Below are positions 46,476-58,587 of a stretch of DNA of 64,000 nucleotides, in pieces (the first letter of the stretch is position 1; every line of letters starts with the position of its first letter). The position numbers and the translations under genes are program-made. Source of the DNA: Abditibacterium sp. (GTDB lineage Bacteria; Armatimonadota; Abditibacteriia; Abditibacteriales; Abditibacteriaceae); NCBI GenBank assembly GCA_965199495.1, contig CBDASK010000003.1, positions 2,720,001 to 2,784,000 on the forward strand. Reading direction: 5' to 3'. The notes under the pieces were generated by a model. That model searched no databases. It was not told where the DNA came from and worked only from the letters and a program-made list of their open reading frames with translations.

Positions 46476-49400
46476 GTTTTAATCGGGTCTTGTGAGATTG
46501 AAATCTACGAGTTCAACGCGGTGAATCCAAGTCGCAGGACGGTTTTAATCGGGTCTTGTGAGATTGAAATCCTTGGTCGAGGGTGGTCAAGGTTTGGCTG
46601 TGGGTTGTTTTAATCGGGTCTTGTGAGATTGAAATTAATTTTATTATAGGCGCTTGTAGCGCCTCGAACGTTTTAATCGGGTCTTGTGAGATTGAAATAA
46701 ATTTCATCCGGCAACTTATATTCATCGGCGATCGTTTTAATCGGGTCTTGTGAGATTGAAATGAACCCATCTTTTCGGTTCCGAAGTTATCCAACAGGTT
46801 TTAATCGGGTCTTGTGAGATTGAAATTCTCGATCTTGGCGCTATGAAAGGTTCGCTTGTCGGGTTTTAATCGGGTCTTGTGAGATTGAAATGGCTTGATG
46901 CTCGTTCGGGATGCCCTTCGGGAAATTGGGTTTTAATCGGGTCTTGTGAGATTGAAATCACGCTCCCCTTCGCAGTAAAGCTCCGGGCGCCGAATGTTTT
47001 AATCGGGTCTTGTGAGATTGAAATTTCTCTTCGCTTCGCCCTTAGATGCCGAAGGCAGGGGTTTTAATCGGGTCTTGTGAGATTGAAATTTAGGGTTTTA
47101 ATCTCCAAAAGGTTAAGCTCCGGGGAAGTTTTAATCGGGTCTTGTGAGATTGAAATTTATATTTAGTCGAAACTTCCCGCCAGCGTTGCGGTTTTAATCG
47201 GGTCTTGTGAGATTGAAATGAGATTCCAAACGCCTTGAATCACGGCGGGAATTCCGTTTTAATCGGGTCTTGTGAGATTGAAATGAGCCTTCCGAAATCG
47301 CTTGGGATTCGCTTCCGTCGGTTTTAATCGGGTCTTGTGAGATTGAAATAATGCCGACGCCGCGCTCATGCCCATTCCAACGCCCAGGTTTTAATCGGGT
47401 CTTGTGAGATTGAAATACGCCCCAAACCTCTTTGGGATATTCGCGGTTCAACGGTTTTAATCGGGTCTTGTGAGATTGAAATACTGGAAAGCCAGAGCTT
47501 CAACAGTCGTGAGTCGGGTTTTAATCGGGTCTTGTGAGATTGAAATACAGATCGAACGCGAACGCGGGCGGCGACGGCACGCCAGTTTTAATCGGGTCTT
47601 GTGAGATTGAAATGAGATTCACAAGTGGGCGCGGCGTCTGCGCTGGGACGTTTTAATCGGGTCTTGTGAGATTGAAATGTCCAAGGGCGACAAAATGACG
47701 TGCCGCGTGCCACCCCGGTTTTAATCGGGTCTTGTGAGATTGAAATACGGTCTTCCAGAACGCGCGGCTGATACTCTTGGCGGTTTTAATCGGGTCTTGT
47801 GAGATTGAAATAAAATCGCAACTTATCGCCGACGAAGAAGCCGCGCAGTTTTAATCGGGTCTTGTGAGATTGAAATCGACATCGAAAGCCTCTTGTTTAG
47901 AAGCAGCAAGGAAGTTTTAATCGGGTCTTGTGAGATTGAAATGATTAAAACAATCGCCACCGACACAGGATTAAGCGAGTTTTAATCGGGTCTTGTGAGA
48001 TTGAAATACGCAACTCACTGATTCAGCATTTTCGTCAGTTTCCGGGTTTTAATCGGGTCTTGTGAGATTGAAATGTCTCAAAATGGACGATGACGAACAC
48101 GAGGCGAAAAGTTTTAATCGGGTCTTGTGAGATTGAAATAAATCTGCGAGCAGTCGGAAGAGTGGGCGCACTCGGTGGTTTTAATCGGGTCTTGTGAGAT
48201 TGAAATATTTTACGACATCCAGAGTCGCAAGGCCGGTTTCGAGGTTTTAATCGGGTCTTGTGAGATTGAAATGTTTTAGATGCCCACGCCGGAATGAACA
48301 CGCCACGAGTTTTAATCGGGTCTTGTGAGATTGAAATCCCAAATTCTCACCAATGCCTCCACAAAATGGTCGTTTTAATCGGGTCTTGTGAGATTGAAAT
48401 TGAGCGAAGATAATAACAAGCGTCCGGTCATACTCGTTTTAATCGGGTCTTGTGAGATTGAAATTTCCCTCAAGGTATGATTGCCAACGGGGACGGCAAG
48501 TTTTAATCGGGTCTTGTGAGATTGAAATTTTGGTGAATCGCTCCAATGAAAAACCAAGGGACGGAGTTTTAATCGGGTCTTGTGAGATTGAAATATGGTT
48601 TGGCCCACGCAACGCTAACAATCAAAAACTAAGTTTTAATCGGGTCTTGTGAGATTGAAATCACCTAAAGCACAAGGAACTGAACTATGGATTTAATGTT
48701 TTAATCGGGTCTTGTGAGATTGAAATCGTTGCCCTGCGTTTGCACGCCCGGCACGCGGGCACGGGTTTTAATCGGGTCTTGTGAGATTGAAATTTCGAGC
48801 GAATCGCCGCCGCCGGGCGCGTTGTTCGGGGTTTTAATCGGGTCTTGTGAGATTGAAATGAACTGATGGCGTAGCCGACATTGAGCGTCATCGAAAGTTT
48901 TAATCGGGTCTTGTGAGATTGAAATCTACAAAATTCGCAGTAGTAGCCCACGAGCCGAGTTTTAATCGGGTCTTGTGAGATTGAAATAAAGCCCCAGTCG
49001 CGGTGTCGCGGCCCCATTAAAACGTTTTAATCGGGTCTTGTGAGATTGAAATTGATAGCCGCTCCGCCAGCGCGCCCACTCTTCCTTCGTTTTAATCGGG
49101 TCTTGTGAGATTGAAATAACTCGATCTCGTCGGGCACGAATCGCTTGCCGTTAGGTTTTAATCGGGTCTTGTGAGATTGAAATCCCTCTGGCAAGTCGCT
49201 CTCGGTTTCGCTCGTCACCGTTTTAATCGGGTCTTGTGAGATTGAAATCAAGAGGCCGGGCCGGGCCACGCGGCGTTGATGGCGAGTTTTAATCGGGTCT
49301 TGTGAGATTGAAATTGCGATAAACCAAGTCGGCACTGTCAAAGCCCGTCGCGTTTTAATCGGGTCTTGTGAGATTGAAATATTCGACCAATGCTGCGCAA

Positions 49401-52400
49401 GCGTGGAGTGTGCGTTTTAATCGGGTCTTGTGAGATTGAAATTCGGTTTCCTTGCGACGCGCGTTTTCTTGGTCGCACGTTTTAATCGGGTCTTGTGAGA
49501 TTGAAATTCTCGTAGAACGCCGAGCCGACGATGACAAACGAGTTTTAATCGGGTCTTGTGAGATTGAAATCCCGCAACAGGCGCGCATTGCGCGACGTAT
49601 CTCGTCGTTTTAATCGGGTCTTGTGAGATTGAAATTTTGCTCGACCTTGGCGCGCCCGGCGTCAATTTGCGGTTTTAATCGGGTCTTGTGAGATTGAAAT
49701 GATTTCTCGCACATGAGACAACACAATCGCTTTGTGTGTTTTAATCGGGTCTTGTGAGATTGAAATACGGTGACGGGGGCACATGGCGGCGAATTGGCGC
49801 TGTGTTTTAATCGGGTCTTGTGAGATTGAAATGGCGGGCACTCGCTTCGCTATCACCGGGGCCGCTTTTTGTTTTAATCGGGTCTTGTGAGATTGAAATC
49901 AAAGTGCGGGCGACACGTTGAAAGCGGCGGGCGTGCGTTTTAATCGGGTCTTGTGAGATTGAAATTGCACATAATCAGAGACATAACCCAACGCCACAAG
50001 CGGTTTTAATCGGGTCTTGTGAGATTGAAATGACTTCACAAGCGAGCGCAAGCGCGCTTCCTCATCCTGGTTTTAATCGGGTCTTGTGAGATTGAAATTG
50101 CGCTGACAGACTGGCAGGAATGAATTTGGTATGAGTTTTAATCGGGTCTTGTGAGATTGAAATAGGCCGACGCGCTGGTGTCGGCGTCTCGTTTTCTCAG
50201 TTTTAATCGGGTCTTGTGAGATTGAAATCGATGCGCGGATTGGCGATGCGGCGCACGATGGGAGCCGTTTTAATCGGGTCTTGTGAGATTGAAATCGATT
50301 TGCAAGAAATACGATCTGGTGTATTACGGTGGTTTTAATCGGGTCTTGTGAGATTGAAATGCTTATAAGGCGACCAGCCGTTTTTGTTCATCAAATGTTT
50401 TAATCGGGTCTTGTGAGATTGAAATTCATGGAACACGAGCGGCCAATTTCGGAGCGCTATTGTTTTAATCGGGTCTTGTGAGATTGAAATTGGAAGTCGC
50501 CGTAGAAACGCGCAAATACGAATATCGTTTTAATCGGGTCTTGTGAGATTGAAATACAACAGCGACATTAATCGCATCGAAGTCGGCAAAGGTTTTAATC
50601 GGGTCTTGTGAGATTGAAATAAAACAGCATATCCGCTTCAACGGAAACAATAGTTGTTTTAATCGGGTCTTGTGAGATTGAAATCAAACGCCGCCGCACT
50701 CCGACATCCGCGAGATTCAGTTTTAATCGGGTCTTGTGAGATTGAAATTAGCGTTTTCGCGTTTTGTCCACTTCTGCGGCGGCGCGTTTTAATCGGGTCT
50801 TGTGAGATTGAAATCGCTCGCCTTCGTTCCAGTTCCTGCGCCTCGGCTTCGAGTTTTAATCGGGTCTTGTGAGATTGAAATATTCTGCGCGGTCGGCGTC
50901 CTGCGCCAGTTGAAACGGTTTTAATCGGGTCTTGTGAGATTGAAATCGTTTTTGCGCAATGTTTTCGCGAATTTGTGGACGGCGGTTTTAATCGGGTCTT
51001 GTGAGATTGAAATACGGCACGGTTCGCGGCGCCCCGGTGCGCCGAAACGTGTTTTAATCGGGTCTTGTGAGATTGAAATACTGTTCCAACTTGTCTTCGT
51101 AAACTTGCGAATTGAGTTTTAATCGGGTCTTGTGAGATTGAAATTCATCAATTTGAACAAGGCGGCGTTTTCCTTTCATGGGGGTTTTAATCGGGTCTTG
51201 TGAGATTGAAATACCTCACCTGATATTCAAAGACGTGGCTCCTAAAGAGTTTTAATCGGGTCTTGTGAGATTGAAATTCATGCAACTCGAATGCGACGAG
51301 GCGGACGCGCTCGGTTTTAATCGGGTCTTGTGAGATTGAAATAATGCCACGCTATCAAGGAGGGCGGGCGCCAATGCGTGTTTTAATCGGGTCTTGTGAG
51401 ATTGAAATCTTATAGAGAACGCGCGTGACGCGCGCAGTAATCAAGGTTTTAATCGGGTCTTGTGAGATTGAAATGATGGAAGAGATGGTTTTTCGCGAAG
51501 GTTACGAAGCGGGTTTTAATCGGGTCTTGTGAGATTGAAATGTTTCCCCCACTATTCCCGGCTTTACGCCGGATGAGTTTTAATCGGGTCTTGTGAGATT
51601 GAAATCCCACTGCGCCACCGTGACAAGGCCCGCATCGCTCCACGGTTTTAATCGGGTCTTGTGAGATTGAAATCTGCTACATCGTCGCGCGAAGGCAATC
51701 GCTCGATGAAGTTTTAATCGGGTCTTGTGAGATTGAAATGTTCGTCGGTCGAGACGCGCGCGCATAAAATACAACGTTTTAATCGGGTCTTGTGAGATTG
51801 AAATCCTGGGCCTTGACAGTGCCTTCGGGCAAAGGGAAGGGGTTTTAATCGGGTCTTGTGAGATTGAAATCTGGGCGCACGCAATCGCGCCCGGCGCGAT
51901 GTCGTAGTTTTAATCGGGTCTTGTGAGATTGAAATTTTTCATCACGGGCGGCAACTCGCGCAAACGCGCGAGTTTTAATCGGGTCTTGTGAGATTGAAAT
52001 AACAGATTCTCGAAGCCGGTCGCCGATGGGATTTACGTTTTAATCGGGTCTTGTGAGATTGAAATAGACAACCTGCCGCTTGCGCCCGTTTGCACGCGCC
52101 AAGGTTTTAATCGGGTCTTGTGAGATTGAAATGCTCGGTGTCCCCGACCTGCCCGCTATCGAGGTAGTAAGTTTTAATCGGGTCTTGTGAGATTGAAATC
52201 TGTCGCTGTCGAGTTCGGTGTGCAACACGGCGTCGGTTTTAATCGGGTCTTGTGAGATTGAAATCGCGCGTAAAACGTGCGAAAGCCACCGAACTTATTG
52301 GTTTTAATCGGGTCTTGTGAGATTGAAATGCGCGCCGTTCCAGTCGGTCGCCTCGCAACTCGTTAGTTTTAATCGGGTCTTGTGAGATTGAAATATTTAT

Positions 52401-55027
52401 GCGAACGCATCGCGGCGTATCTGGTTTTGGGGTTTTAATCGGGTCTTGTGAGATTGAAATTTGGATGGCGCGACGAGCGCACGACTCAGGGCGAAGTTTT
52501 AATCGGGTCTTGTGAGATTGAAATTTTGAATGGGATTGATCGAGAGAGAAAAGCGGGCAACGTTTTAATCGGGTCTTGTGAGATTGAAATGAGCAACTCG
52601 TCAAGCTCAAGCTGTCGCGCAAGTTGCGTTTTAATCGGGTCTTGTGAGATTGAAATAACTGCACCGCGACAAAGACGGCAACCCGAATTTGAAGTTTTAA
52701 TCGGGTCTTGTGAGATTGAAATTCATAGTAATAATCGCCTTGTCGGTCGTCCGATGTTGGTTTTAATCGGGTCTTGTGAGATTGAAATAAGTGTCGGACA
52801 TGACGACCGCGCGGCGTTTGGCGCGCGGTTTTAATCGGGTCTTGTGAGATTGAAATTGCCGCCCGCATCATTCACTTGAACCGATTCCAGGGCGTTTTAA
52901 TCGGGTCTTGTGAGATTGAAATTCACCTTTACGAGCGCGCGCTACTGCGCAAGGCGATGTTTTAATCGGGTCTTGTGAGATTGAAATAACGTCGCCGTTG
53001 TCCCAGCGCTGGGACGAAAGCGGGTTTTAATCGGGTCTTGTGAGATTGAAATCTTATGAATATCCTCAAGCCCGTCGTCTGTCTGGCGCGTTTTAATCGG
53101 GTCTTGTGAGATTGAAATAGAGCTGTGTCATCGGCGCGTTTCGCAAATATCTCCGCGTTTTAATCGGGTCTTGTGAGATTGAAATATTTGTCGGTGGCCA
53201 CCAACCTGACGGTCGAGCAAGGCGTTTTAATCGGGTCTTGTGAGATTGAAATGCTTCTTTTCGTCGTCAATAACGTCGCCGAGAGCTGTTTTAATCGGGT
53301 CTTGTGAGATTGAAATGACGTTCGAGCGGGCGACATTATAACCGGAGACGGGCGGTTTTAATCGGGTCTTGTGAGATTGAAATATTTGCCGGGGCTTCCG
53401 GCGCCGATTCGCGCGGCGGGTTTTAATCGGGTCTTGTGAGATTGAAATGAGATTCCAAACGCCTTGAATCACGGCGGGAATTCCGCGTTTTAATCGGGTC
53501 TTGTGAGATTGAAATTATTGATAGGCGCGCGACTTCTGCAACTGGAAGCGTTGTTTTAATCGGGTCTTGTGAGATTGAAATAAATCAACGCTCCATATCC
53601 GCGTCCATCGCTTCGGGAGTTTTAATCGGGTCTTGTGAGATTGAAATTTTAATCGCGCGACTTATCGCCGGGTGATTATGTCCGTTTTAATCGGGTCTTG
53701 TGAGATTGAAATGTTTTCTCGACGCCCGCCACGATGCCCGAAAACTGGGTTTTAATCGGGTCTTGTGAGATTGAAATGCTTTGCACGGCACGCGGCACCC
53801 TGCGCCAGTGCGGGTTTTAATCGGGTCTTGTGAGATTGAAATTTTTAACAACATTATTGTAACAATGTCCCGGTTTTTTGTTTTAATCGGGTCTTGTGAG
53901 ATTGAAATGGAAGGTTGAAATGGAGGAGGCTGCATCCGCCCTAAAAGTTTTAATCGGGTCTTGTGAGATTGAAATTAACTTGCGTCGTCGTAGGAGATGT
54001 TTTGGCCGCGATGTTTTAATCGGGTCTTGTGAGATTGAAATCTCGACAAAGGTCGCCTTTGCGTCGTAGGGCAAACCGGGTTTTAATCGGGTCTTGTGAG
54101 ATTGAAATATGGAACCGGAGTCGAGACTAAAACTCGCTACTTCAGTTTTAATCGGGTCTTGTGAGATTGAAATTGATGTCCACTCAGGAGCGAGTGGCGA
54201 TTTTTGGCAGGTTTTAATCGGGTCTTGTGAGATTGAAATACCAATAGACAAAGGGCAATCCTTGGCCACGAGTATTGGTTTTAATCGGGTCTTGTGAGAT
54301 TGAAATGATTCACGCACGTTGGCGGTCTTATCGCCGCTTTGAGTTTTAATCGGGTCTTGTGAGATTGAAATGCCTCTTTGTCACTCTTGCAATTCTTTCA
54401 AAGGCGGTTTTAATCGGGTCTTGTGAGATTGAAATTGCGTAACGTAGCCAGTCGCGCCGGGGTCGTCGGCCGTTTTAATCGGGTCTTGTGAGATTGAAAT
54501 CACGCTCGATGCCCTGCGCAGCGTCAACCTCAATTCGAGTTTTAATCGGGTCTTGTGAGATTGAAATACGTTTTGGGTTCGGCGAAAGACATAGCCGAAG
54601 CAAGTTTTAATCGGGTCTTGTGAGATTGAAATAATGAACGCGGGGTTTGGAAGCGACGGGCTTAACCGGTGTTTTAATCGGGTCTTGTGAGATTGAAATT
54701 TGGCGAAAGTCGGCGGCGTCTAATAACCATTTGTGGGTTTTAATCGGGTCTTGTGAGATTGAAATGACAGTTGGACGCCGACCCGATGTTGGCCGTTGGC
54801 GAGTTTTAATCGGGTCTTGTGAGATTGAAATTGACAAATCGCCAAACTCTTTTCGATCCATTCCCGAAGTTTTAATCGGGTCTTGTGAGATTGAAATGCT
54901 GAACGGCACCGGGCACGCGGCGCAATACGCGCATGTTTTAATCGGGTCTTGTGAGATTGAAATCATTAGCCGCTGCCGGTCATTCGACGCTGCTCGTTGT
55001 TTTAATCGGGTCTTGTGAGATTGAAAT
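46476..55027 (+). CRISPR. CRISPR array, 29-nt repeat GTTTTAATCGGGTCTTGTGAGATTGAAAT, about 131 repeats and 130 spacers (about 33-39 nt)
   Basis: Manual count; orientation from leader position and ATTGAAAT 3' end. Confidence 0.98.
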
Positions 55028-55092
55028 GCTTCATTGCGCCTTATTTGAAAGTTTTCTGTTGCTTCGATATTTGCAACGAGACTTTTGCAATT

Positions 55093-57174
55093 ATGCTTAT
55101 TCAAGCTACTCCTTATCCTTCTACTGCTCAAGTTGATGCGACTTTCGATTACTTTGGCACTCAGGTTCGCGATCCCTATAACTGGTTGGAAGATGATAGA
55201 GCCACGGCGACAGAAGATTGGGTCGAGGCCGAGAACAAAGTGACTTTTGGTTACCTCAATCAAATTCCGTTTCGTGCAGATTTGCGCAAGCGACTGGGCG
55301 AAATCTACGATTATCCCAAATATTCGGCGCCCTTCAAAAAACGCGATCTGACCTTTTTTAGCAAGAATGAAGGTTTGCAAAATCAGTCGGTTTTGTGGGC
55401 GCAAAAAGGCGCCGATGCTCCTGCCGAAATCTTGATTGATCCGAACACTTTATCGGAAGACGGCACAACTCGGTTAGGCGCTTTCGTGCCCTCGAAAGAC
55501 GCGCATTACGCGGCTTATATGCTTTCGCAGGCGGGCAGTGACTGGCAGCAGATCAAAGTGATGGATTTGCAAACCCGGCAAAATTTGGCGGACGACATAG
55601 AGTGGGTGAAGATTAGCGGAATATCATGGGCCGGACGTGGCTTCTACTATTCGCGCTATGACGAACCTCAAAATGCCGACAAAGCCTATTCCGACAAGAA
55701 CGAATACCACAAAGTTTTCTTTCATCAAGTCGGCACCGCGCAATCCGAAGATCAACTTATTTATCAGGATGAAAATCCAGCAAACGCTCAGCGCTTTCAT
55801 GTCGCCGGAACGACCGATGACGAGCGGTTTTTGATTCTCAATGTGTCGGATCGGGGCAAGGGCAAAGACGGCAATCAGGTCTGGGTGCGCGACACCAAAA
55901 GCGATAACCCCAAATTCGTTTTAATCAGCGATGATTCGTTCACTTACCAATATAGTGTTATCGGTAACATCGATGACAAATTGTTGGTGCAAACCAATAA
56001 AGATGCGCCCAACGAAAAAGTTGTTTTAGTCGATCCAAACGATACCAAAGAAGAAAATTGGCAAACCATTTTGTCGGAACAAGAAGAACCCTTGGTCAGC
56101 GTTTCGCAGGTCGGCGGCAAGCTCATCGCCAAAACCATGAAAGACGTGACGCACCGCGTGCGCGTCTACGACGAAAACGGGCAGTTCGAGAACGAAATCG
56201 AGTTGCCCGCGCTGGGAACCGTCGGCGGTTTTGGCGGCGAGGAAGACGACAAAGAAACGTTTTATACTTTCACCTCTTACGCCTATCCGCCGACGATTTA
56301 TCGTTATGACATCGCCAGCCAAACTTCGACAGTTTTCCGGCGCCCGGAAATCCAAATCAACCCGGCGGATTACGACGCCAAACAGGTGTTTTATCCGTCG
56401 AAAGATGGGACGCAAATCCCGATGTTTATTGTTTCTAAAAAGGGCATCCAATTAGATGGTAATAATCCGACGATTTTGTATGCTTACGGCGGTTTCAATA
56501 TTTCTTTGAATCCCGGATTCAATCCGCTCAACCTGGTGTGGCTGGAGCAGGGCGGCGTTTATGCTGTGGCCAATCTGCGCGGCGGCAGCGAATATGGCGA
56601 AGATTGGCATCAGGCCGGAATGAAGCTCAAAAAGCAGAACGTCTTCGACGATTTTATCGCGGCGGCGCAGTATCTCAAAACCAGCAAATATACTTCGACC
56701 GAAAAACTGGCGATTCAGGGCGGCTCCAATGGCGGTCTGCTCGTCGGCGCCGTGATGACGCAACGTCCCGATTTGTGCAAAGTCGCGCTTCCGGCGGTCG
56801 GCGTGATGGATATGCTGCGCTATCACAAGTTCACCATCGGCTACAACTGGGCCGCCGAATATGGTTCCGCCGACGAAGACGTGGAGACGTTTCGTAATCT
56901 CTATGCTTATTCACCGTTGCACAACTTGAAACCCGGCGTGGCTTATCCAGCGACATTGGTGACGACTGCCGATCACGATGACCGCGTCGTGCCCGCGCAT
57001 TCGTTCAAGTTCGCGGCGACTTTGCAAGAAATGAACGCTGGCCCCAATCCGGTTTTGATTCGCGTCGAAACCCAGTCCGGTCACGGTTCGAGTAACACCT
57101 CGAAAGCGCTCGATGCGACCGTCGATGTGATGGCGTTTACCATGTGTAATTTGGGCATGGATCCGAAGTTTTAG
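55093..57174 (+). CDS. Prolyl oligopeptidase (S9A)
   Basis: DPYNWLED, YGGF, GGSNGGLL, DMLRYH, DHDDRVVPAHS, SGHG. Confidence 0.95.
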   Translation: MLIQATPYPSTAQVDATFDYFGTQVRDPYNWLEDDRATATEDWVEAENKVTFGYLNQIPFRADLRKRLGEIYDYPKYSAPFKKRDLTFFSKNEGLQNQSVLWAQKGADAPAEILIDPNTLSEDGTTRLGAFVPSKDAHYAAYMLSQAGSDWQQIKVMDLQTRQNLADDIEWVKISGISWAGRGFYYSRYDEPQNADKAYSDKNEYHKVFFHQVGTAQSEDQLIYQDENPANAQRFHVAGTTDDERFLILNVSDRGKGKDGNQVWVRDTKSDNPKFVLISDDSFTYQYSVIGNIDDKLLVQTNKDAPNEKVVLVDPNDTKEENWQTILSEQEEPLVSVSQVGGKLIAKTMKDVTHRVRVYDENGQFENEIELPALGTVGGFGGEEDDKETFYTFTSYAYPPTIYRYDIASQTSTVFRRPEIQINPADYDAKQVFYPSKDGTQIPMFIVSKKGIQLDGNNPTILYAYGGFNISLNPGFNPLNLVWLEQGGVYAVANLRGGSEYGEDWHQAGMKLKKQNVFDDFIAAAQYLKTSKYTSTEKLAIQGGSNGGLLVGAVMTQRPDLCKVALPAVGVMDMLRYHKFTIGYNWAAEYGSADEDVETFRNLYAYSPLHNLKPGVAYPATLVTTADHDDRVVPAHSFKFAATLQEMNAGPNPVLIRVETQSGHGSSNTSKALDATVDVMAFTMCNLGMDPKF

Positions 57175-57189
57175 GTTGTGGGCAAAAGC

Positions 57190-57229
57190 AAAAAAGGTTC
57201 GCGCAATGAGAATTGCGCGAACCTTTTTT
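57190..57229 (+). terminator. Intrinsic terminator, probably bidirectional
   Basis: AAAAAAGGTTCGCGCAAT / ATTGCGCGAACCTTTTTT. Confidence 0.85.
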
Positions 57230-57247
57230 ATGAATACATCAATCCTG

Positions 57248-57384
57248 TCCTGTCATTCTGAGCGGCGTGAGGCACGAACGAAGTCGAAGAATCCACAGGT
57301 TGCGCGTTGACTTCGCTTTCACTTGGTTCAGAGTCGTGGATTCTTCGACTTCGTTCGTGCCTCACGCCGCTCAGAATGACAGGA
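57248..57384. repeat. Long palindromic element (GTCATTCTGAG...CTCAGAATGAC family)
   Basis: Perfect 49-bp arms at 57248-57296 and 57336-57384; same terminal motif as 31395-31576. Confidence 0.9.
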
Positions 57385-57397
57385 TAAGGTTTGACAA

Positions 57398-58522
57398 TTA
57401 CTTCATCAAAATATCGGCCATCTCCAACGCTTCGGGCGTCGCGTCACGCGTGATGGATTTGCCGTCGTCGTCGGTCAAATCTTCGAGCGGGAACGGCACG
57501 ATGTCCTGACCTTTCAAAGCCGCCATCACGCCAAAGTTGCCCGCCGCGACGTAATCCGCCGCCGCGATGCCCATACGCGCGCCCAAAATGCGATCAACCA
57601 AAGTCGGTTCGCCGCCGCGCATCAGGTGCGCCATCACAGCCACGCGCGTGTCCCAGCCCAACGCTTTCTTGATTTCGTAGGCGCACCAATCGCCAACGCG
57701 GCGCTCTTTGAGAATCGGATGGCCAAACGAATCAATTTCGACCGCCGATTCGCCCAGTTTGGTGCCCTGCAAACCTTCGGCGATTTCCTTGGCCCATTCG
57801 TCCAAATCGGGATGGTCGGCGCCTTCAGCCACGACGACCAGAGCGTAGTTGCGGCGCTTTTTGACTTCGCGCAATTTGGCGAACATTCCCTGCAAATCCG
57901 CCGGGTTGCGTTCGGGCAACAGCACGTAATCGGCGTCGGCGGCGATGGCGGTATAAAGCGCCGTCCAACCGGCTTTGCGACCGAAAACTTCTAAAACAAT
58001 CACGCGATTGTGGCTATCGGCGGTGTCGCGCAAACGCTGTAACGCCTCGACGGCGAGGGTCACCGATGTGTCGAAACCGAAACATTGGTCGGTGCCATTG
58101 ACATCGTTATCCATTGTTTTGGGCACGCCGACGCACGGAACGGGTTTGTCCAGATTATCGCCTTTAGTCAAACGCGACGCGACCGACAAAGTGTCGTCGC
58201 CACCAATCGCGACGATGGCGTCCAAGCCCAGCTTTTCGACGTTTTTCAATAAGTTCGGCAACGCTTCGGGCGTTTTGGGGTTATAGGCGTTGGTGCGCGA
58301 GGTGTGCAAAATCGTGCCGCCCTGTTTGATAATCGGGCGCACATCGTCAACGCTCAATGGTTTGGCGTTCGGCTCGTCTTTGGTGAGCGAGGCCCAGCCG
58401 TTTTGCAGCGCGACACATTCGATGCCATGATCGGCGGCGCGCGTCACGATGCCTTTGATCGCGGGGTTGAGGCCGGGGCAATCGCCGCCGCCCGTCAGAA
58501 TTCCAATTTTTTTAACTGCCAT
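57398..58522 (-). CDS. pfkA: 6-phosphofructokinase (PfkA family, possibly PPi-dependent)
   Basis: LTGGGDCPGLN, GGTILHTSR, GGDDTL, PKTMDND, EVFGRKAGW, RGG. Confidence 0.9.
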   Translation of the reverse strand: MAVKKIGILTGGGDCPGLNPAIKGIVTRAADHGIECVALQNGWASLTKDEPNAKPLSVDDVRPIIKQGGTILHTSRTNAYNPKTPEALPNLLKNVEKLGLDAIVAIGGDDTLSVASRLTKGDNLDKPVPCVGVPKTMDNDVNGTDQCFGFDTSVTLAVEALQRLRDTADSHNRVIVLEVFGRKAGWTALYTAIAADADYVLLPERNPADLQGMFAKLREVKKRRNYALVVVAEGADHPDLDEWAKEIAEGLQGTKLGESAVEIDSFGHPILKERRVGDWCAYEIKKALGWDTRVAVMAHLMRGGEPTLVDRILGARMGIAAADYVAAGNFGVMAALKGQDIVPFPLEDLTDDDGKSITRDATPEALEMADILMK

Positions 58523-58587
58523 GATGTTTGATTTTCTCCAGAAATGGGGACGAGGAAAGGTTATCAAACTTCGCTTAAACTTGGCCC

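Noticed and set aside
46505..54998. Self-targeting array spacers
   Set aside because: No match to this window noticed by eye; an exhaustive search was not possible.
55051..55077. Degenerate terminal repeat after the array
   Set aside because: Only GTTTT matches clearly and the implied spacer would be 23 nt.
46513..55404. Many ORFs with FQSHKTRLK / ISISQDPIKT / VLIGSCEIE repeats
   Set aside because: These are translations of the CRISPR repeat.
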